From contig NC_068986.1 of the NCBI RefSeq assembly GCF_001194135.2, forward strand, positions 25,414,925-25,478,924: 64,000 nt of DNA. Direction: 5' to 3'. Origin of the DNA: Octopus bimaculoides. Its lineage: Eukaryota. The notes under the pieces were generated by a model, which was not told the DNA's origin, made no database searches, and worked only from the letters and a program-made list of their open reading frames with translations. Numbering within the stretch: position 1 is the stretch's first letter; the number at the start of each line of letters is the position of its first letter. Below, piece by piece: positions 12,628-25,721 of this stretch. The translations under genes were made by a program, and so were the position numbers.

Positions 12628-12676
<49 letters not shown>
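12085..12676 (+). mobile_element. Family A retroelement 3' region with internal ~55-60-bp subrepeats and (GAT)n tail (RTE-type tail)
   Basis: It contains degenerate repeats of gtgccggtggcacgtaaaaagcacc..., then gagtggttggcgttaggaagggcatccagctgtagaaa...catggaaag(c/t)ggacattaaac(GAT)n. Shorter 5'-truncated copies lie near 4940-5070(-), 15800-16018, 22786-22990(-), 26128-26266, 30590-30842, 36148-36352, 36975-37245, 52300-52532, 55365-55505(-) and 56858-57050(-). Confidence 0.8.
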
Positions 12677-12677
<1 letters not shown>

Positions 12678-13580
12678 ACAACAGGCTTTTTTCAGTTTCC
12701 CTCTACCAAATCCACTCACAAGACTTTGGTTGGCCCGAGGCTATAGTAGAAGACTCTTGCCCAAGGTGCCATGCAGTGAGACTGAATCCGGAACCACGTG
12801 GCTGGTAAGCAAACTACTTACCACACAGCCACACCTGTGCCTTCAATGTCTTTCTAAAAATAAGCAGTCATATCATTAACATTTCAAGGCTATGAGAAAA
12901 TGCCTGATTACTTCAAAACAGTGTGAATAAATAAGCATTACTTCTGATAAGAGTGATCTGAATGTTAAAGGGTTCCAGGATTGAATATCATTGTCCAGGA
13001 GGAAAACAAGACTAGGGTAATGTGTTCCAAGGGGCAACAGTTCACAGAAAGAAGCTATTAGAATAAAGAGACTTAGGAGTAATGGGAAGCTCAACAGAGA
13101 AACAATGCATATTTGGGAAGCGTAGCAAGTTAATTTTTTTATTTTAGGGTAGGGAAAGAGCTCGTAACATTGATCCCAGTGCTCAACCTTGAAAGGAGGA
13201 AGGACAAAGTTGATCTCAGCAGAATTTGAACCATAATAATAATAATAACAAGAACTCTCAGAGAGCACAAACCTCTGCCAAGGCAACACCAACATCCTCT
13301 AAATGATTAGTCTCTTCTAGTCATTTTCTGACTAGAACTAGGGCTTCAGTATGCTTGTTCACTATCACAAATTTTTCTATGCCCCTGCATATTATTGCTA
13401 GACAGTTGTTAACACAGTGATGGGTTTGTAGCAAAGCCCCATCACTAAGCTAGCCTGATGGAAGTGCCAATGTAATCGGCAATGACCTGACAATGTATAT
13501 ATATAAGTCTTTGTTGATTCACCAGAAACGATCAATTACAGGACTCAATACAAATGTAGAGTATTTTTTAATACATTTTA

Positions 13581-13774
13581 CATGAAAGGCTCCAATTCCC
13601 AGTGCTCAGAGTTACTCATTTCTGATCATCAGCTGGTAATCTGAGCCTGGTTTTCTTTCAAATATTCAAAAAAAATATTCAGACAGTGAATATTTCAAAA
13701 GAAAACCAGGCCCAGTTTACCAACTAATGATTGGAGGCGATCAGCTTGGGGTACTAGAAATTGGAGCCTTTCAG
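13581..13774. mobile_element. Old TA-flanked foldback MITE (Tc1/mariner-type)
   Basis: TGAAAGGCTCCAATT (13583-13597) pairs with AATTGGAGCCTTTCA (13759-13773). Pairing continues inward with mismatches (ctggttttcttt..aatattca / tgaatatt..aaagaaaaccag). TA lies at 13579-13580 and 13775-13776. Confidence 0.65.
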
Positions 13775-13862
13775 TAATGATATATATATGATGTGGCCAA
13801 TGTTGATGTCATGTAACTAGCACCTGTGCCAGTGGCACATAAAAAGCACTGTTCGAGTGCTG

Positions 13863-13920
<58 letters not shown>

Positions 13921-14807
13921 NNNNNNNNNNNNNNNNNNNNNNNNNNNNNNNNNNNNNNNNNNNNNNNNNNNNNNNNNNNNNNNNNNNNNNNNNNNNNNNN
14001 NNNNNNNNNNNNNNNNNNNNNNNNNNNNNNNNNNNNNNNNNNNNNNNNNNNNNNNNNNNNNNNNNNNNNNNNNNNNNNNNNNNNNNNNNNNNNNNNNNNN
14101 NNNNNNNNNNNNNNNNNNNNNNNNNNNNNNNNNNNNNNNNNNNNNNNNNNNNNNNNNNNNNNNNNNNNNNNNNNNNNNNNNNNNNNNNNNNNNNNNNNNN
14201 NNNNNNNNNNTATATATATATATATATATATATGTATATGTTTGTGTGTCTGCGTTTGTCCCCCCTGCCATCATGTGATGTTGGTGTGTTTACATCCCTG
14301 TGACTTAGCAGTTTGGCAAAAGGGACCAATAGAATAATAACTAGGCTTACAAAGAATAAGACCTGGGGTCGATTTGTTCGACTAAAGGCGGTGCTCCAGC
14401 ATGGCCACAGTCAAATGACTGAAACAAATAAAAGAATATATATATATGTATATATTTGCTATTATTGTGATGCCAGTAACCCATATTTTGGGTTGTTAAT
14501 CTCTGTAAATTATCATTAAATACTGTTTTGTGTCATATGATTTTAATGTGTTGCAATGGCTTTTGGCACACATATATTTCAAAAAGTAACAGCTAAAGTC
14601 ATGGTAGTTTATAACTTTCATGCATTACATTTAAGTTTTTGATTTACATTAGTCATCTCGCATTTATTGCATGCAGAGTTTGTGATTAGTTGTGGATGAT
14701 AATGCAAAAATCTTTCGTGCTTTTGTAACATTTTATAAAAGTTTAGTTTATGATTATACATGGTGCGTGTTGTAATTGTTGTTTAACCCCAGGTTAGTCT
14801 TGATCCA

Positions 14808-15192
14808 TGGAGGCGCAATGGCCCAGTGGTTAGGGCAGCGGACTCGCGGTCATAAGATCGCAGTTTCGATTCCCAGACCAGGCGTTGTGAGTGTTTATTG
14901 AGCGAAAACACCTAAAGCTCCACGAGGCTCCGGCAGGGGATGGTGGCGAACCCTGCTGTACTCTTTCACCACAACTTTCTCTCACTCTTACTTCCTGTTT
15001 CTGTTGTGCCTGTATTTCAAAGGGTCAGCCTTGTCACACTGTGTCACGCTGAATATCCCCGAGAACTACGTTAAGGGTACATGTGTCTGTGGAGTGCTCA
15101 GCCGCTTGCACGTTAATTTCACGAGCAGGCTGTTCCGTTGATTGGATCAGCTGGAACCCTCGACGTCGTAAGCAACGGAGTGCCAACAACAA
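14808..15192 (+). mobile_element. Full-length tRNA-derived SINE (resembles octopus OR-type SINEs), ~385 bp
   Basis: A box TGGCCCAGTGG, B box GTTTCGATTCC and tail ...acggagtgccaacaacaa. The 12-bp TSD agtctt(g/a)atcca is at 14796-14807 and 15193-15204. The family name is from memory. Confidence 0.88.
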
Positions 15193-15299
15193 AGTCTTAA
15201 TCCAGTTGGCTTGCTCCAATCGAAGATGTTTCAGCTGTGATCATTGCCACCACTTTATGTTTTCTTTTAGTGCTATCTTTCACTTCTCTGAACATAATG

Positions 15300-15540
15300 C
15301 CTTGGACAGTGAGTAAGGCAGTTGGCATCATCTCCCGACCAGATAGCTTCCATGCCAGGTACCAAGTGGTGTACTTGAGAACAACAAGTATGATTGATAT
15401 ATGGGACTGCCCCACAGTAACAGCCCTCTTGCTAGCTGATGCCCAACCATTGTCTGTTGGTGCAGATCTTCCACTTGGCCACAATAACCATCAAGCTATT
15501 CATCTAGGACTCCTCCACCTTGTTAGTTATCCAATGTCCT
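15300..15540 (-). pseudogene. Possible decayed Ingi/Vingi-like LINE C-terminal fragment
   Basis: The minus frame VAKWKI...CYCGAVPYINH...LVPGMEAIWSGDDANCL resembles the KWG..CxCG..QTxxHI..CP..PGG..A...DD.A..WL end of I-group LINEs. Stops are present. Confidence 0.3.
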
Positions 15541-16729
15541 GCTGCTGACATCTTTACCATATCTCTGACATGGGAGGCCAAGGGGTTGCTAGAACTTACC
15601 CAAGTTGCCACCCCAGTCTACAGACTGAAGGGATGATTTACTTTCCTTAATGTTCTAAAACAATTTAGTGTGTCTTAAAGGAGATTTAGTTGTTATTTCT
15701 AACAAGTTGTGTGACCATGTAGAGGTTTCTTTTTCTTTTTTCTTTCTTTTTGTTTTTGTTTCCAACATTGTCTTGGTTGAATTTGGTCTTTTTTTTTGCC
15801 AGTACTGCCTGACTGGCCTTTGTGCCGGTGGCACGTAAAAACACCCACTATACTCTTGGAGTGGTTGGCGTTAGGAAGGGCATCCAACTGTATAAACTCT
15901 GCCAAATCAGATTGGAGCTTGGTGTAGCCATCTGGTTCGCCAGTCCTCAGTCAAATCGTCCAACCCATGCTAGCATGGAAAACGGACGTTAAACGATGAT
16001 GATGATGATGACGATGATTAAAGTCATAGGACTATAGTCATGCTGGGGAATTGTGTTTTTAGGGTTCTGTCAGTCATAATGACCCCAATATTTCATTCCG
16101 ATATTTATTTTATTATATCACTAAGTCACACATCTAGACAGGACACCAGTTGTATACAGGTATATATTAGCATAGATGTGTGTGTGTGTGTGAACACATG
16201 TGTATTGCATGTGCGTGCATTTTGTGTATGTGTGTACATGATGGAATTTTATACAGTTTCCATCTACTATTACATTATCTAATATCTACCGTTTTGCTCA
16301 AGATGGTGATATGATATTTGGTGCTATTTTTATCAGATCAAGCTATCATGTAGAGGCTATCTAGCTGACATGGTTCCAACTAATCTGGGTATTTAAGTAG
16401 AGAACGTATTTATTTTACCATTTTTTTCTCTTTTTTTTTTTTTCCTGTTTGCCAACTTATGTGTCCATCAAAATGAATGTTGACCTTGTAGAATATTATA
16501 CAAGCCCTTTGTGTGTGTGTGTGTCAGTGATAGATCTAAACGTTGGTGAAAATGCTGATAAATTATTTGTATTCAAAGAAAAACCCTGTATTGATATTTA
16601 TTCTGTCCGAGTTGCACAGACTCTCCCTTGTCACTCTCATCATTATAAATGCTGTGACTCAGTGATTGGCTTGTTAGGAACTTATAATCAACAATGCTAT
16701 TAATCACAGCATACATGATACAAAATCTA

Positions 16730-16980
16730 AAGACATAAGTTAACATTGAACGTCTAATGGACTGTACCAAATTTGCTCCTAGTCTTATCACTGCAGAACT
16801 TCTGCATTCACTGCTCACATTTCACTACCATTAACATTCTTACACACGTCTTTGTACAGTAAAGTATGATCCTTTGGTGCCTATAAGACTAGCAGCTCCC
16901 TAACATTCTTCCATTCCTTTTGAACCCTAGCTATCTTGTTGCTACAAGCCCTACTTCCACATCTAAATATCTCTCTCAAA
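16730..16980 (-). pseudogene. Decayed RTE LINE fragment (post-RT region)
   Basis: The minus strand gives IARVQKEWKNVRELL..LYKDVCKNV.NGSEM*AVNAEVL, like ARxxxGWKKFRELL..LYxACVRxxMLYGSETWAVxAExL. Confidence 0.5.
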
Positions 16981-17087
16981 CGGCAAATGTATGTGTGTGA
17001 ATATGTATGAGTGTGTGTATGGATATACATGTGTGTGAGTATGTTGTGCATAAACATACGGATAGGTAAGCATCTATGTATAAATGA

Positions 17088-17149
<62 letters not shown>

Positions 17150-17965
17150 GTATGTAAGTAGATAACTAACATGATGTTGTTCTATGGGGTTATATTTCCA
17201 ACTGCTCTTTTCATTCATTGCTCAAATATCAAATATACTTCAGTTCATATTTCATTATTATGACTCTGTTCATGTTTATATATATATATATATGTGCACT
17301 CGTGAATGTATGTCTTTGTATCATGCATATATGTATATGTGTATATGAAAGAGAGACAGAGAGATCTAGTTAAGATTACATTCCTAAGAACACAAACTGC
17401 ATATGTTACTTATTTCGTGCTCCCTTCTTCAAAATTCTTTTTTGTATTTGTGAAATGTTTTCAGATATTTTTAATAATAGATTGACAACAAACATCAAAC
17501 AGTACCAATACTAATTATAGCGTATCATAACATAAATATAACATAAAATAAGACATAACAATGTCATTGAGCGTTCTATTTTAATAGGTTATTTTGGAAT
17601 GGTAACAGAGTAGAAAGGTGAAGGTTGATAGTTGATAGGACAACATTTTTACTACTAAACAAACAAACAAACCTGGATGGGTTAAAAGAACTGTGCAGGC
17701 TGGCAGAGTGTATTAAATTGACATAAGGTATAATAGAAACAGAGTACGAGATGGAGTAAACAGAAAGTGATGAATACCAATTTGGTCGACTTTGCCCTTC
17801 ATCCTTTCGGAGACGATAAATCAAGTACCAGTTACGCACTGGGGTTGATGTAATCGACTCATCCCCTCCCCCAAAATTGCTACCCTTGTGGAAAAATTTG
17901 AAACTATTATTATTATCATTATTGTTGTTATTATTATTATCATTATTATTATTATTATTATTATT

Positions 17966-18696
17966 CAGTAGTTTTATTTTTATAACGTGCTTTCACTTCA
18001 CTACCGAGCGCAGCTCTGTGCGCCTTGGGTATGTGCTGTGGTTTGCTGTGGTGCTCTTATGTTTACTGTATTGAAAGTGTTTTGCGTAGAATGTGTGCAG
18101 TACCCAGTAGTGCAATTTTCTGTATGTTATATATATTTGTAAGTCCTGGTGTTTTTGTTATGCATTTGTCTGAATATTTTTTTATTATACCTAAGGCACC
18201 TACTATGATAGGAATTGTTTCTGTTTNNNNNNNNNNNNNNNNNNNNNNNNNNNNNNNNNNNNNNNNNNNNNNNNNNNNNNNNNNNNNNNNNNNNNNNNNN
18301 NNNNNNNNNNNNNNNNNNNNNNNNNNNNNNNNNNNNNNNNNNNNNNNNNNNNNNNNNNNNNNNNNNNNNNNTATGGTTGCTTTCTCGTTTTCTGTGACCT
18401 TTTCTGGCGTGTGTTTATACCATCTTTTTTCTGTTGCTATTCCATAATGTTGGCATAGCTTCCAGTGTATATAGGTCCCAGCTCTGTCGTGTCTGTGAAT
18501 ATATTCCTTCTTAGCCAGGACTGGGCAGCCAGAGATAATATGATTTATTGTTTCTTGTCGATCTCCACATATTCTACAGTTACTTGTTATATTTCTTTTC
18601 ATTATGTGTTTTTGGTAATTTCTGGTGGGGAGGCTTTGGTCTTGTGCAGCAATTAAAAATCCTTCAGTCTCTGCTTTGAGTCCTGAGCTTCTCAGC

Positions 18697-18698
<2 letters not shown>
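17966..18698 (-). mobile_element. 5'-truncated R4/Dong-clade RLE LINE inserted in a (TAA)n microsatellite
   Basis: (TTA)n flanks both sides (17905-17965 and 18698-18737). The frame is open from WLRSSGLKAETEGFLIAAQDQSLPTRNY through the CRICG..ETINHIISGC..RHD zinc knuckle to ETIPIIVGALG and KIALLGTAHILRK. A 97-nt 3' UTR runs into (TAA)n. Confidence 0.85.
18063..18698 (-). pseudogene. R4/Dong ORF C-terminus (CCHC zinc knuckle plus RLE domain; the expected catalytic PD..D segment falls in the N gap)
   Basis: The provided ORF 18063-18602 extends 32 codons upstream without a stop to the junction with (TAA)n. Confidence 0.8.
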
Positions 18699-18740
<42 letters not shown>

Positions 18741-19124
18741 GGTATTTCATCCGCGTTTGCGTTCTGAATTCAAATTGTACTGGGATCAACTTTGCCTTTC
18801 ATCTTTTCGGGATCAATACATTAAGTACCCGTGAAACACTGGGGTCGATGTAATTGGCTATCCCCTGCCCACCAGTTAGTTTCAGGCCTTGTGCCTATAG
18901 TAGAAAGGATTACCATTAATATTATCTTCATCATCATTATCATCATTGTTATTATTATTATTCAAGGTGGTGAGCTGGCAGAATTGTTAGCATGCCAGGC
19001 AAAATGCTTAGCAGTATTTCATCCATCTCTAATGATTCCTTTCGATCACACCGCTGCCTCGCCAGTGGGAGGCTGCCACCGATGCGTCTGCAGCCTCTTT
19101 GCTCGCTCCTAATCGTTCAGCAAA

Positions 19125-19430
19125 ATATGAAACTTTAATGAAGTATCTGTAAATGAATTTTTGATATTTGTAACAAGGTGGAAAATGCATTTTTAACAAT
19201 GTGGAAAATGTTTTATCTATGAATGTTGTTACTTGTTGGTTATATGGAGGATTATACCAGATAACTCTGCATTTTCTGTTAATATTTCTAGCAGGGTTAT
19301 TGTTAATTTTACCAATATAACTAATTTTTTGAGTGAATCTGCTTTTACAGAGCATCATTAGAAGTTGCTTTGATTTTGCAAGCTATTCATGTTCTAACAA
19401 CTTTGACCTTTGATCATTAACTGATGTAAA
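19125..19430 (-). pseudogene. Penelope-like element (PLE) fragment, RT C-terminal/linker region
   Basis: RKCRVIWYNPPYNQQVTTFIDKTFSTLLKMHFPPCYKYQKFIYRYFIKVSY matches the PLE motif RxRxIIWxNPPYNxxVxTxIGKxFLxLLDKHFPxxHKxHKIFNRxTxKxSY. Confidence 0.75.
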
Positions 19431-21624
19431 AATAACTGTTTAATTATCAAAGTATTTTACTTTGTGTGATTTCTTTTCTCAGAGGAATAAAAACTATGGA
19501 ATGACTTAAGACAATAATGATTCACAATTTTATGAATTAACCTTTTCATTTATTAATTCAAATAGCCACCATGTTAAATATCAAATAAGTTGTTTCTGTT
19601 ATTATTTACATATTCATGTATATGTTTATTTAATTATTTATCTATTTTTTATATTTTTTGTGATTTCTTTCTTTATTTTATTCATTTCAACGTACGTATA
19701 TTTTTTCATCTATATTTCGACTTTTATTGACATTATTTGAAATTTTGTCCTTGTGTCTCCTGCTTAAATAACTTTCTTCAATTCCAATGATCTCAAAAAG
19801 AAAATTATATGTTTTATGCCTGTTTATGTATGTTTTGTGTGTGTGTGATATCCACTATGTTCTCTTGTCTACCTTGTGTGGCAGATGTAGGATGGCCAGT
19901 GGACTCACTCAGCATTGTAGAAAAGATATATTGTATTTTATGCTTCCTAAAACATACATGTGTTTCAGTAAATTATATATACATATGTATGTATGTATGT
20001 ATGTATCAGAGAAAGAGATACACACATAAGCATACAAATTATATATATATATATACACATACACATACAGACATATATATATATATATATATATANNNNN
20101 NNNNNNNNNNNNNNNNNNNNNNNNNNNNNNNNNNNNNNNNNNNNNNNNNNNNNNNNNNNNNNNNNNNNNNNNNNNNNNNNNNNNNNNNNNNNNNNNNNNN
20201 NNNNNNNNNNNNNNNNNNNNNNNNNNNNNNNNNNNNNNNNNNNNNNNNNNNNNNNNNNNNNNNNNNNNNNNNNNNNNNNNNNNNNNNNNNNNNNNNNNNN
20301 NNNNNNNNNNNNNNNNNNNNNNNNNNNNNNNNNNNNNNNNNNNNNNNNNNNNNNNNNNNNNNNNNNNNNNNNNNNNNNNNNNNNNNNNNNNNNNNNNNNN
20401 NNNNNNNNNNNNNNNNNNNNNNNNNNNNNNNNNNNNNNNNNNNNNNNNNNNNNNNNNNNNNNNNNNNNNNNNNNNNNNNNNNNNNNNNNACACACACACA
20501 CACATTTGTCTTCAGGTATAATTTTAGCATGGTACTCACCCTCTTTCTTACGGTTTATTTTTGTACTCTGGCCAAATTTGATTTAGGCAAATCAGAGTGT
20601 GAGATAGGGTTACACACTCAGGCATCAATATTCTGTGATATGTCATACGATATGGTTACCAATTTTTTGTGAGCTTTTACTATCTTTTTTATGTATGATT
20701 GCTTTCTAGTATATAGCACAGGTAGGTGTAATGTTTCTTGTAATCAGAGGTGGCTATGAAAATATGTTGCTTTCTGGTTACAATGCGTTCATTATCGAGA
20801 AGGTTGTATTAGTGAAGTGAGTCTATATCAATACCATAATAGTCGCCGAAACAGTATTCTTATCTTGGATACTTCACGCCTTACTTTGTGTGTGTAGATT
20901 TAGGTACAGGTATAGCTGTGCAGGTGAGAAATTTGCTTCCCAGCCATGCGATTTGGGTTCAGTTCCACTGAATGTCTTTTATTATGGCAACACATAACAC
21001 CTATCAAAGCCTTGTGAGTGGATTTGATAAATGGAAAGTGGAGAAATGTGCATGATATATATATTTGTGTGCGCATGTGCATGGTATATATATGTGTGCG
21101 TGTATGTGTGTGCATGTGCTGGTGCCCTGTAAAAAGCATTCGGTCCACTCTGTAAAGTGGTTAGTATTAGGAAGGGCTTCCAGCTGTAGAGGTCATGACA
21201 AAGCAGACAGTGTAGCTTGGTGCAGATCTCTAGCTTATCAGCTCCAGTGAAACCATCCAACCCATCCAAATTGTGCCCCCCTCAAAGTGGCACCCGTGGA
21301 ATGTGCCATGCTTTCCCCACCCTAGCTACACCCCTGGTGCTAAGGACTCTACCATTATGGACCTCCTAGGAACAAAGGGCAGCAAAAATGAATGGATGGA
21401 GTATGTTAAGAGAATAAGAAGGAAAACCAGCTGTGGTCGGATTTGAACACAGAACAGTGAGGCAATGATTTTGAAGATACAAAGTACATAGATTGACTCT
21501 GCTGTATTAGATATGACTGTTAGATCCCCTTTTTGCCTGGCGGGGGTGGGGGTGGGGGTTAATGTGTCAGCTACATATAAATCATACATGTCAACTAATG
21601 TAAATATAAATATTGTACACACTG

Positions 21625-21685
<61 letters not shown>

Positions 21686-22068
21686 ATCTGTATTAAGACA
21701 AACTGAGTGTTACTGAATTCCACACTCATATAACCTTGGTCAGTATGGAAATACAGACTGGAGTGATGATGTTACACAGAGAGAAAGAGGAAGAGGGGTT
21801 TGTTGGATGACACCCCCCCTTACACATATACACACACATTTATGGATGTGTGCGTGCACAAATGCACATAAATTCAAATGTTACAATTTATACACAACAG
21901 TAAATGGGAGTAATCAATATATGGTGTAAATATTGTTTATTTAAACTTGAGTTCTTTTTTCTCGTGACATAAATATCTGTTAATCTGTTATAGCAACACG
22001 AGTTCTACAGACATACGTGAACGTGTGTGTATGTGTGTGTGTGTGCGTGCGCGCGCGCACGTGTGTAT

Positions 22069-22224
22069 GTTTGTATATCCATGACAGCATGATTAGTTCT
22101 GTGTGTGTGTGCATGTGTGTGTGTGTGTGTGTGTGTGTTTGTAAATCCATGACAGCATGATTAGTTGTGTGTATGTGTGTGTGTGTGTGTTTGTGTTTGT
22201 ATATCCATGACAGCATGATTAGTT
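22069..22224. repeat. Three copies of a 30-bp unit separated by (GT)n tracts
   Basis: gtttgta(t/a)atccatgacagcatgattagtt at 22069-22098, 22137-22166 and 22195-22224. Confidence 0.9.
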
Positions 22225-22793
22225 CTGTGTGTGTGTGTGTGTGTGTATGTGGAGGTGTGCATTTATGTATATGCATAGAGACATAGATACAGACACACAC
22301 AGATATATATGTAGGTTAAATAGGTAATTATATTTACATCTGTTTTGTGTAATATCTTGGGCAATTATACTCATATAGCACTGGCATTAATATTATGTAC
22401 ACATATGTTTGTGTGTGTGTGTGTGTGTGTGTGTAATGTGCATGCATGTACCAAAAAAACAACTGTGGCTGTCACTTGAAATCAAGGATAACTTGTTAGC
22501 ACATTCTATGATTTTACTAATTGGTTTAGGTTCCTATATTACTAGGATCAGACATTGAAGGGCTCTCGGTTTTCCCACTCATAATAATGCAACAGAACAT
22601 CCCAGATATGACAGCTGGAAGTTGAGAGAAGGGGGGAGGCAATACCAACTATTGTCTAGAATAGACTGGAATAACAAGATAATGCGCTTTGTTCAAGGGC
22701 AAAAGGTGCCACCTGGTTCAGGAATCAAATCTATGATCATGAGCCCAACCTCCTAACCACTAGGCCATATATCTTCACATTTGTGTATGTCAG

Positions 22794-22835
<42 letters not shown>

Positions 22836-23129
22836 ACATTATCATCATCATCATCATACGTCTGTTTTCCATGCTGGTATGGGTTGGATGGTTTGACATG
22901 AAGTGGCCCTACTGTCTGCTTTGGCCTGGTTTCCACAGCTGGATGCCCTTCCTAATGCCAACCACTTTACAGAGTGTACTGGGCGCTTTTTATGTGGTAC
23001 TAGCATCAACAGTTAGGTCATCAAATAACTTGCAAGACAAGGCTCCCTCAACTGACAGGGGGTGCAGTGTTGTGGGATAGAAAAAGGAGTCTTGCATTAG
23101 AGGGGAAACATGGCCATCTCAGGTGGTGA

Positions 23130-23179
<50 letters not shown>

Positions 23180-23493
23180 GAAACAAAGAGAAAAGATGAT
23201 AAAGATGTAGCAGGGAGGAGGGTGGGGGTGAAACCCTGATTTCAATGACTCCTAGTGTTCTTTCTAAAACTACCCATTAACTAATTAAGATGAATGCTTT
23301 TTTTATTAAAATTTTCTTTCTGAAATTCAGTTTTTCAAAAGTTCAATCCTAATACCAAGTCTTCATTCATCGTCCACCATAACTTGAATCCAATATTTTT
23401 ATTAGATCTGTCTTACGCAATATGTCACTCTTTAGATTTCTGTAGAAATTCTTAGGAGATTCTAAAATCTTTTTCTTTTTTTTTTATATATAT

Positions 23494-23906
23494 ACTCTTT
23501 TCTCTTTTACTCTTTTACTTGTTTCAGTCATTTGACTGTGGCCATGCTGAAGCACTACCTTTAGTCGAACAAATCAACCCCCGGACTTATTCTTTATAAG
23601 CCTAGTACTTATTCTATCGGTCACTTTTGATGAATCACTAAGTTACGGGGACGTAAACACACCAGCATCAGTTGTCAAGCGATGTTGGGTGGGACAAACA
23701 CAGACACACAAGCACATACACACACACACACATATACATACATATATATGACGGGCTTCTTTCAGTTTCCGTCTACCAAATCCACTCACAAGGTGGCCCG
23801 AGGCTATAGTAGAAGACACTTGCCCAAGGTGCCACGCAGTGGGACTGAACCCGGAACAATGTGGTTGGTAAGCAAGCTACTTACCACACAGCCACTCCTA
23901 CGCCTA
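23494..23906 (-). mobile_element. Near full-length SINE family B copy in a TA-rich target
   Basis: The head (aggcgtaggagtggctgtgtggtaag on the minus strand) is at 23906 and the (TAAAAGAG) tail at 23494. TATATA-like sequence flanks both sides. Confidence 0.85.
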
Positions 23907-24849
23907 TATGTATATATTTTTTCACACATTGCCATTTCTCCACCTGTGTAACCTGTTATTTCCACTGAAGTTGTTTTCACTGCCCTCCCTGATCATACCT
24001 ATTAATGCTTCGCANNNNNNNNNNNNNNNNNNNNNNNNNNNNNNNNNNNNNNNNNNNNNNNNNNNNNNNNNNNNNNNNNNNNNNNNNNNNNNNNNNNNNN
24101 NNNNNNNNNNNNNNNNNNNNNNNNNNNNNNNNNNNNNNNNNNNNNNNNNNNNNNNNNNNNNNNNNNNNNNNNNNNNNNNNNNNNNNNNNNNNNNNNNNNN
24201 NNNNNNNNNNNNNNNNNNNNNNNNNNNNNNNNNNNNNNNNNNNNNNNNNNNNNNNNNNNNNNNNNNNNNNNNNNNNNNNNNNNNNNNNNNNNNNNNNNNN
24301 NNNNNNNNNNNNNNNNNNNNNNNNNNNNNNNNNNNNNNNNNNNNNNNNNNNNNNNNNNNNNNNNNNNNNNNNNNNNNNNNNNNNNNNNNNNNNNNNNNNN
24401 NNNNNNNNNNNNNNNNNNNNNNNNNNNNNNNNNNNNNNNNNNNNNNNNNNNNNNNNNNNNNNNNNNNNNNNNNNNNNNNNNNNNNNNNNNNNNNNNNNNN
24501 NNNNNNNNNNNNNNNNNNNNNNNNNNNNNNNNNNNNNNNNNNNNNNNNNNNNNNNNNNNNNNNNNNNNNNNNNNNNNNNNNNNNNNNNNNNNNNNNNNNN
24601 NNNNNNNNNNNNNNNNNNNNNNNNNNNNNNNNNNNNNNNNNNNNNNNNNNNNNNNNNNNNNNNNNNNNNNNNNNNNNNNNNNNNNNNNNNNNNNNNNNNN
24701 NNNNNNNNNNNNNNNNNNNNNTACACACTGAGAAACTCACATACATACATAAACACAAACACACATACATATACACATGCGCACATATATGCACATGTGC
24801 ACACACACACATATATATATATATACTGGCAATATGACCATCCCCAAGT

Positions 24850-24882
<33 letters not shown>

Positions 24883-25302
24883 CACTTCTATACACACATA
24901 TACACACACATATATACATGCATACATACACAGGTGTGTAGGAGGTGGGGTTGGGGAGTGTATACATACATTCTCTCTCTAATAAAATTTATATGGTTTT
25001 TGAGGCATTTTGTATTAAATTTTTGGAAATTCACATCTGGTACTTATTCAGTTATCCCTCCAACCCACCAGGTTTCTTTCATTCCTTTCGACTGATGTAT
25101 AAAACCTGTATTCTTTCCTATCCAACATATTTATATATATATATACATCCTGGAAGGTGTTCCTTAAATATTTCGTTCCTAAAAATAATTACGCAATGAA
25201 AAGATCAGGACTACCAAGTCTAAAAGGTTTAGCTTATGGAGCATCAGTGAAATTATACTTGTGTTTTATTAGTTTTATATTTTGTAGATGTTACTCAGGA
25301 AT

Positions 25303-25365
<63 letters not shown>

Positions 25366-25366
25366 C

Positions 25367-25412
<46 letters not shown>

Positions 25413-25572
25413 GGTGGCGGCGGCGGCGGCGGTGGTGGTGGTGGTACTAGTAGTAGTAGTAGTAGTGGTAGTAGTAGTAGTAGTCGTGGTAGTAGTAGTC
25501 GTGGTAGTAGTAGTAGTCGTGGTAGTAGTAGTAGTAGTCGTGGTAGTAGTAGTAGTAGTAGTAGTAGTTGTG

Positions 25573-25605
<33 letters not shown>

Positions 25606-25657
25606 CTAGTTGTGGTAGTGGTAGTAGTAGTAGTAGTAGTAGTACTAGTAGTAGTAC

Positions 25658-25721
<64 letters not shown>

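Noticed and set aside
13416-13453. Hairpin followed by CTAG (Helitron 3' end pattern)
   Set aside because: CTAG is not followed by T and no matching 5' TC end or family similarity is evident.
14809-14880. tRNA-like sequence (also 29009 and other SINE heads)
   Set aside because: These are SINE heads continuing into body and tail with TSDs. They have no acceptor stem and are not functional tRNA genes.
15271-15308. Plus-strand exon candidate with good acceptor and GTGAGT donor
   Set aside because: The donor overlaps a probable antisense LINE remnant and no linked exons were recognised.
19045-19120. GC-rich stretch with gaggctgc/gcagcctc hairpin next to the PLE fragment, tested as a hammerhead
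   Set aside because: The minus strand has CTGAACGA and GAAA, but no stem II closes between them and stems I/III are absent.
22069-22224. CRISPR-like repeat-spacer appearance (also 57840-57990)
   Set aside because: The context is eukaryotic, the spacers are microsatellites, and there are no cas genes or leader.
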